24,000 nucleotides of DNA from Thermoplasmatota archaeon (GTDB taxonomy: Archaea; Thermoplasmatota; E2; DHVEG-1), in assembly GCA_025457885.1 (NCBI GenBank), contig JALOTN010000015.1:1-24000 (forward strand). The letters run 5' to 3'. Below the pieces are notes generated by a model. The model was not told where the DNA came from. It searched no databases and saw only the letters and a program-made list of their open reading frames with translations. This document shows positions 23,410 through 24,000 of the stretch, in pieces; position 1 is the stretch's first letter, and the number at the start of each line of letters is the position of its first letter. The position numbers were made by a program, and so were the translations under genes.

Positions 23410-24000
23410 ATGAATAAGGAACCTCTGATTAGTAAATGGTTAGTGGTTGGAATCATTCTCTTATTTGTTACAATGGCATTTTTACAAACAGGTACAAGCC
23501 AAACGTTAACGGCATATAGAGATATAGTTACAAAAACCTCATACGAGAAACACGCAAATAATATGAATGATATTTTTATCAATTATTCCATCAATAATAA
23601 AGGACGCATACTGAGATTCAATGTTCTTCTTCTTGGAACAAACATCATCTCTTTACCTACACAAAAAATAGAGAAACCCCCAGCCCCAACATCGAAGGGT
23701 AATTGGTTGTTTGTTGGCGGTATTGGACCTGAAAACTATACAAGGATTCAGGATGCGATTAATGCTTCTTCTGATGGTGATACAGTATTTGTCTATAACG
23801 GTATTTATCAGGAAGAACGAATTACGATAAACAAATCTATCACGTTATTTGGTGAGGATAAAAATAATACTATTCTTGATGGACAATATAGTGAAGGTAT
23901 GATCCTTCTTGTGTCATCCTCTGATGTCGTAATTCGTTGTTTTACGTTGAAAAATTGTAAGAGCGGTGGTTTTTATCAGGCAATCTATCTCTGGGGTAAT
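23410..24000 (+). CDS. secreted right-handed parallel beta-helix (NosD/pectin-lyase-fold) protein, 5' partial; runs off the window
   Basis: Not in the ORF track because no stop falls within the window. The frame is open from ATG 23410 to 24000 (197 codons). Signal/anchor KWLVVGIILLFVTMAF. NYTRIQDAINASSDGDTVFVYNGIYQEERITINKSITLFGEDKNNTILDG is the canonical start of NosD-like beta-helix proteins. Confidence 0.75.
   Translation, partial: MNKEPLISKWLVVGIILLFVTMAFLQTGTSQTLTAYRDIVTKTSYEKHANNMNDIFINYSINNKGRILRFNVLLLGTNIISLPTQKIEKPPAPTSKGNWLFVGGIGPENYTRIQDAINASSDGDTVFVYNGIYQEERITINKSITLFGEDKNNTILDGQYSEGMILLVSSSDVVIRCFTLKNCKSGGFYQAIYLWGN

Noticed and set aside
23379-23582. 67-aa minus-strand ORF
   Set aside because: It is antisense to the N-terminus of the beta-helix protein, whose frame stays open from 23410 to the window edge and carries canonical NosD-like motifs.
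1-24000. CRISPR arrays, IS elements or transposases, toxin-antitoxin pairs, restriction-modification or other defence genes, and recoding (in-frame TAG/TGA for Pyl/Sec)
   Set aside because: I saw no regularly spaced direct repeats and no transposase, integrase, nuclease or ATPase signatures. No well-supported gene is interrupted by an in-frame stop that would suggest recoding. The lone SAM methyltransferase has no restriction-enzyme partner and looks like a small-molecule or protein methyltransferase.

Overview
This looks like an archaeal chromosomal window. The evidence is oligo-T terminators without hairpins, TTTATATA-type boxes 40-55 nt upstream of starts, and GGAGGT/GGTGA Shine-Dalgarno sites. 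The tRNAs lack an encoded CCA, both tRNA-Gln genes have an A1:U72 pair, and a DUF996 membrane protein is present. I can support 24 protein-coding genes (one of doubtful coding status, one truncated at the right edge) and 2 tRNAs. I saw no transposase, integrase, CRISPR array or rRNA.

Two things stand out. (1) A compact module at 2397-4312 places a bacterial-type glutaminyl-tRNA synthetase between both tRNA-Gln isoacceptors (CUG, then glnS, then UUG). Only 4 nt separate the first tRNA from the glnS start codon. This direct Gln-charging route is not expected in archaea. (2) About half of the window encodes signal-peptide-bearing surface or secreted proteins. These are a clostripain-like C11 peptidase, a gingipain-like C25 peptidase, an 8-bladed PQQ-like propeller, a choice-of-anchor-J protein, two tandem PKD-array paralogues, a 7-repeat propeller-like protein and a beta-helix protein. 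These catalytic or binding heads carry interchangeable modules: a distinctive DWGDGT..WLGP PKD cassette and several classes of C-terminal tail. One tail class is a ~100-aa CARDB-like beta-sandwich shared by two otherwise unrelated proteins next to the C25 peptidase. I suggest this as a candidate archaeal C-terminal sorting or anchoring system.

The remaining genes are ordinary: threonine aldolase, an EamA transporter, a SAM methyltransferase, and SRPBCC, DUF4870, DUF4382 and PRC-barrel proteins. All homology calls come from motif recognition by eye. No searches were run.
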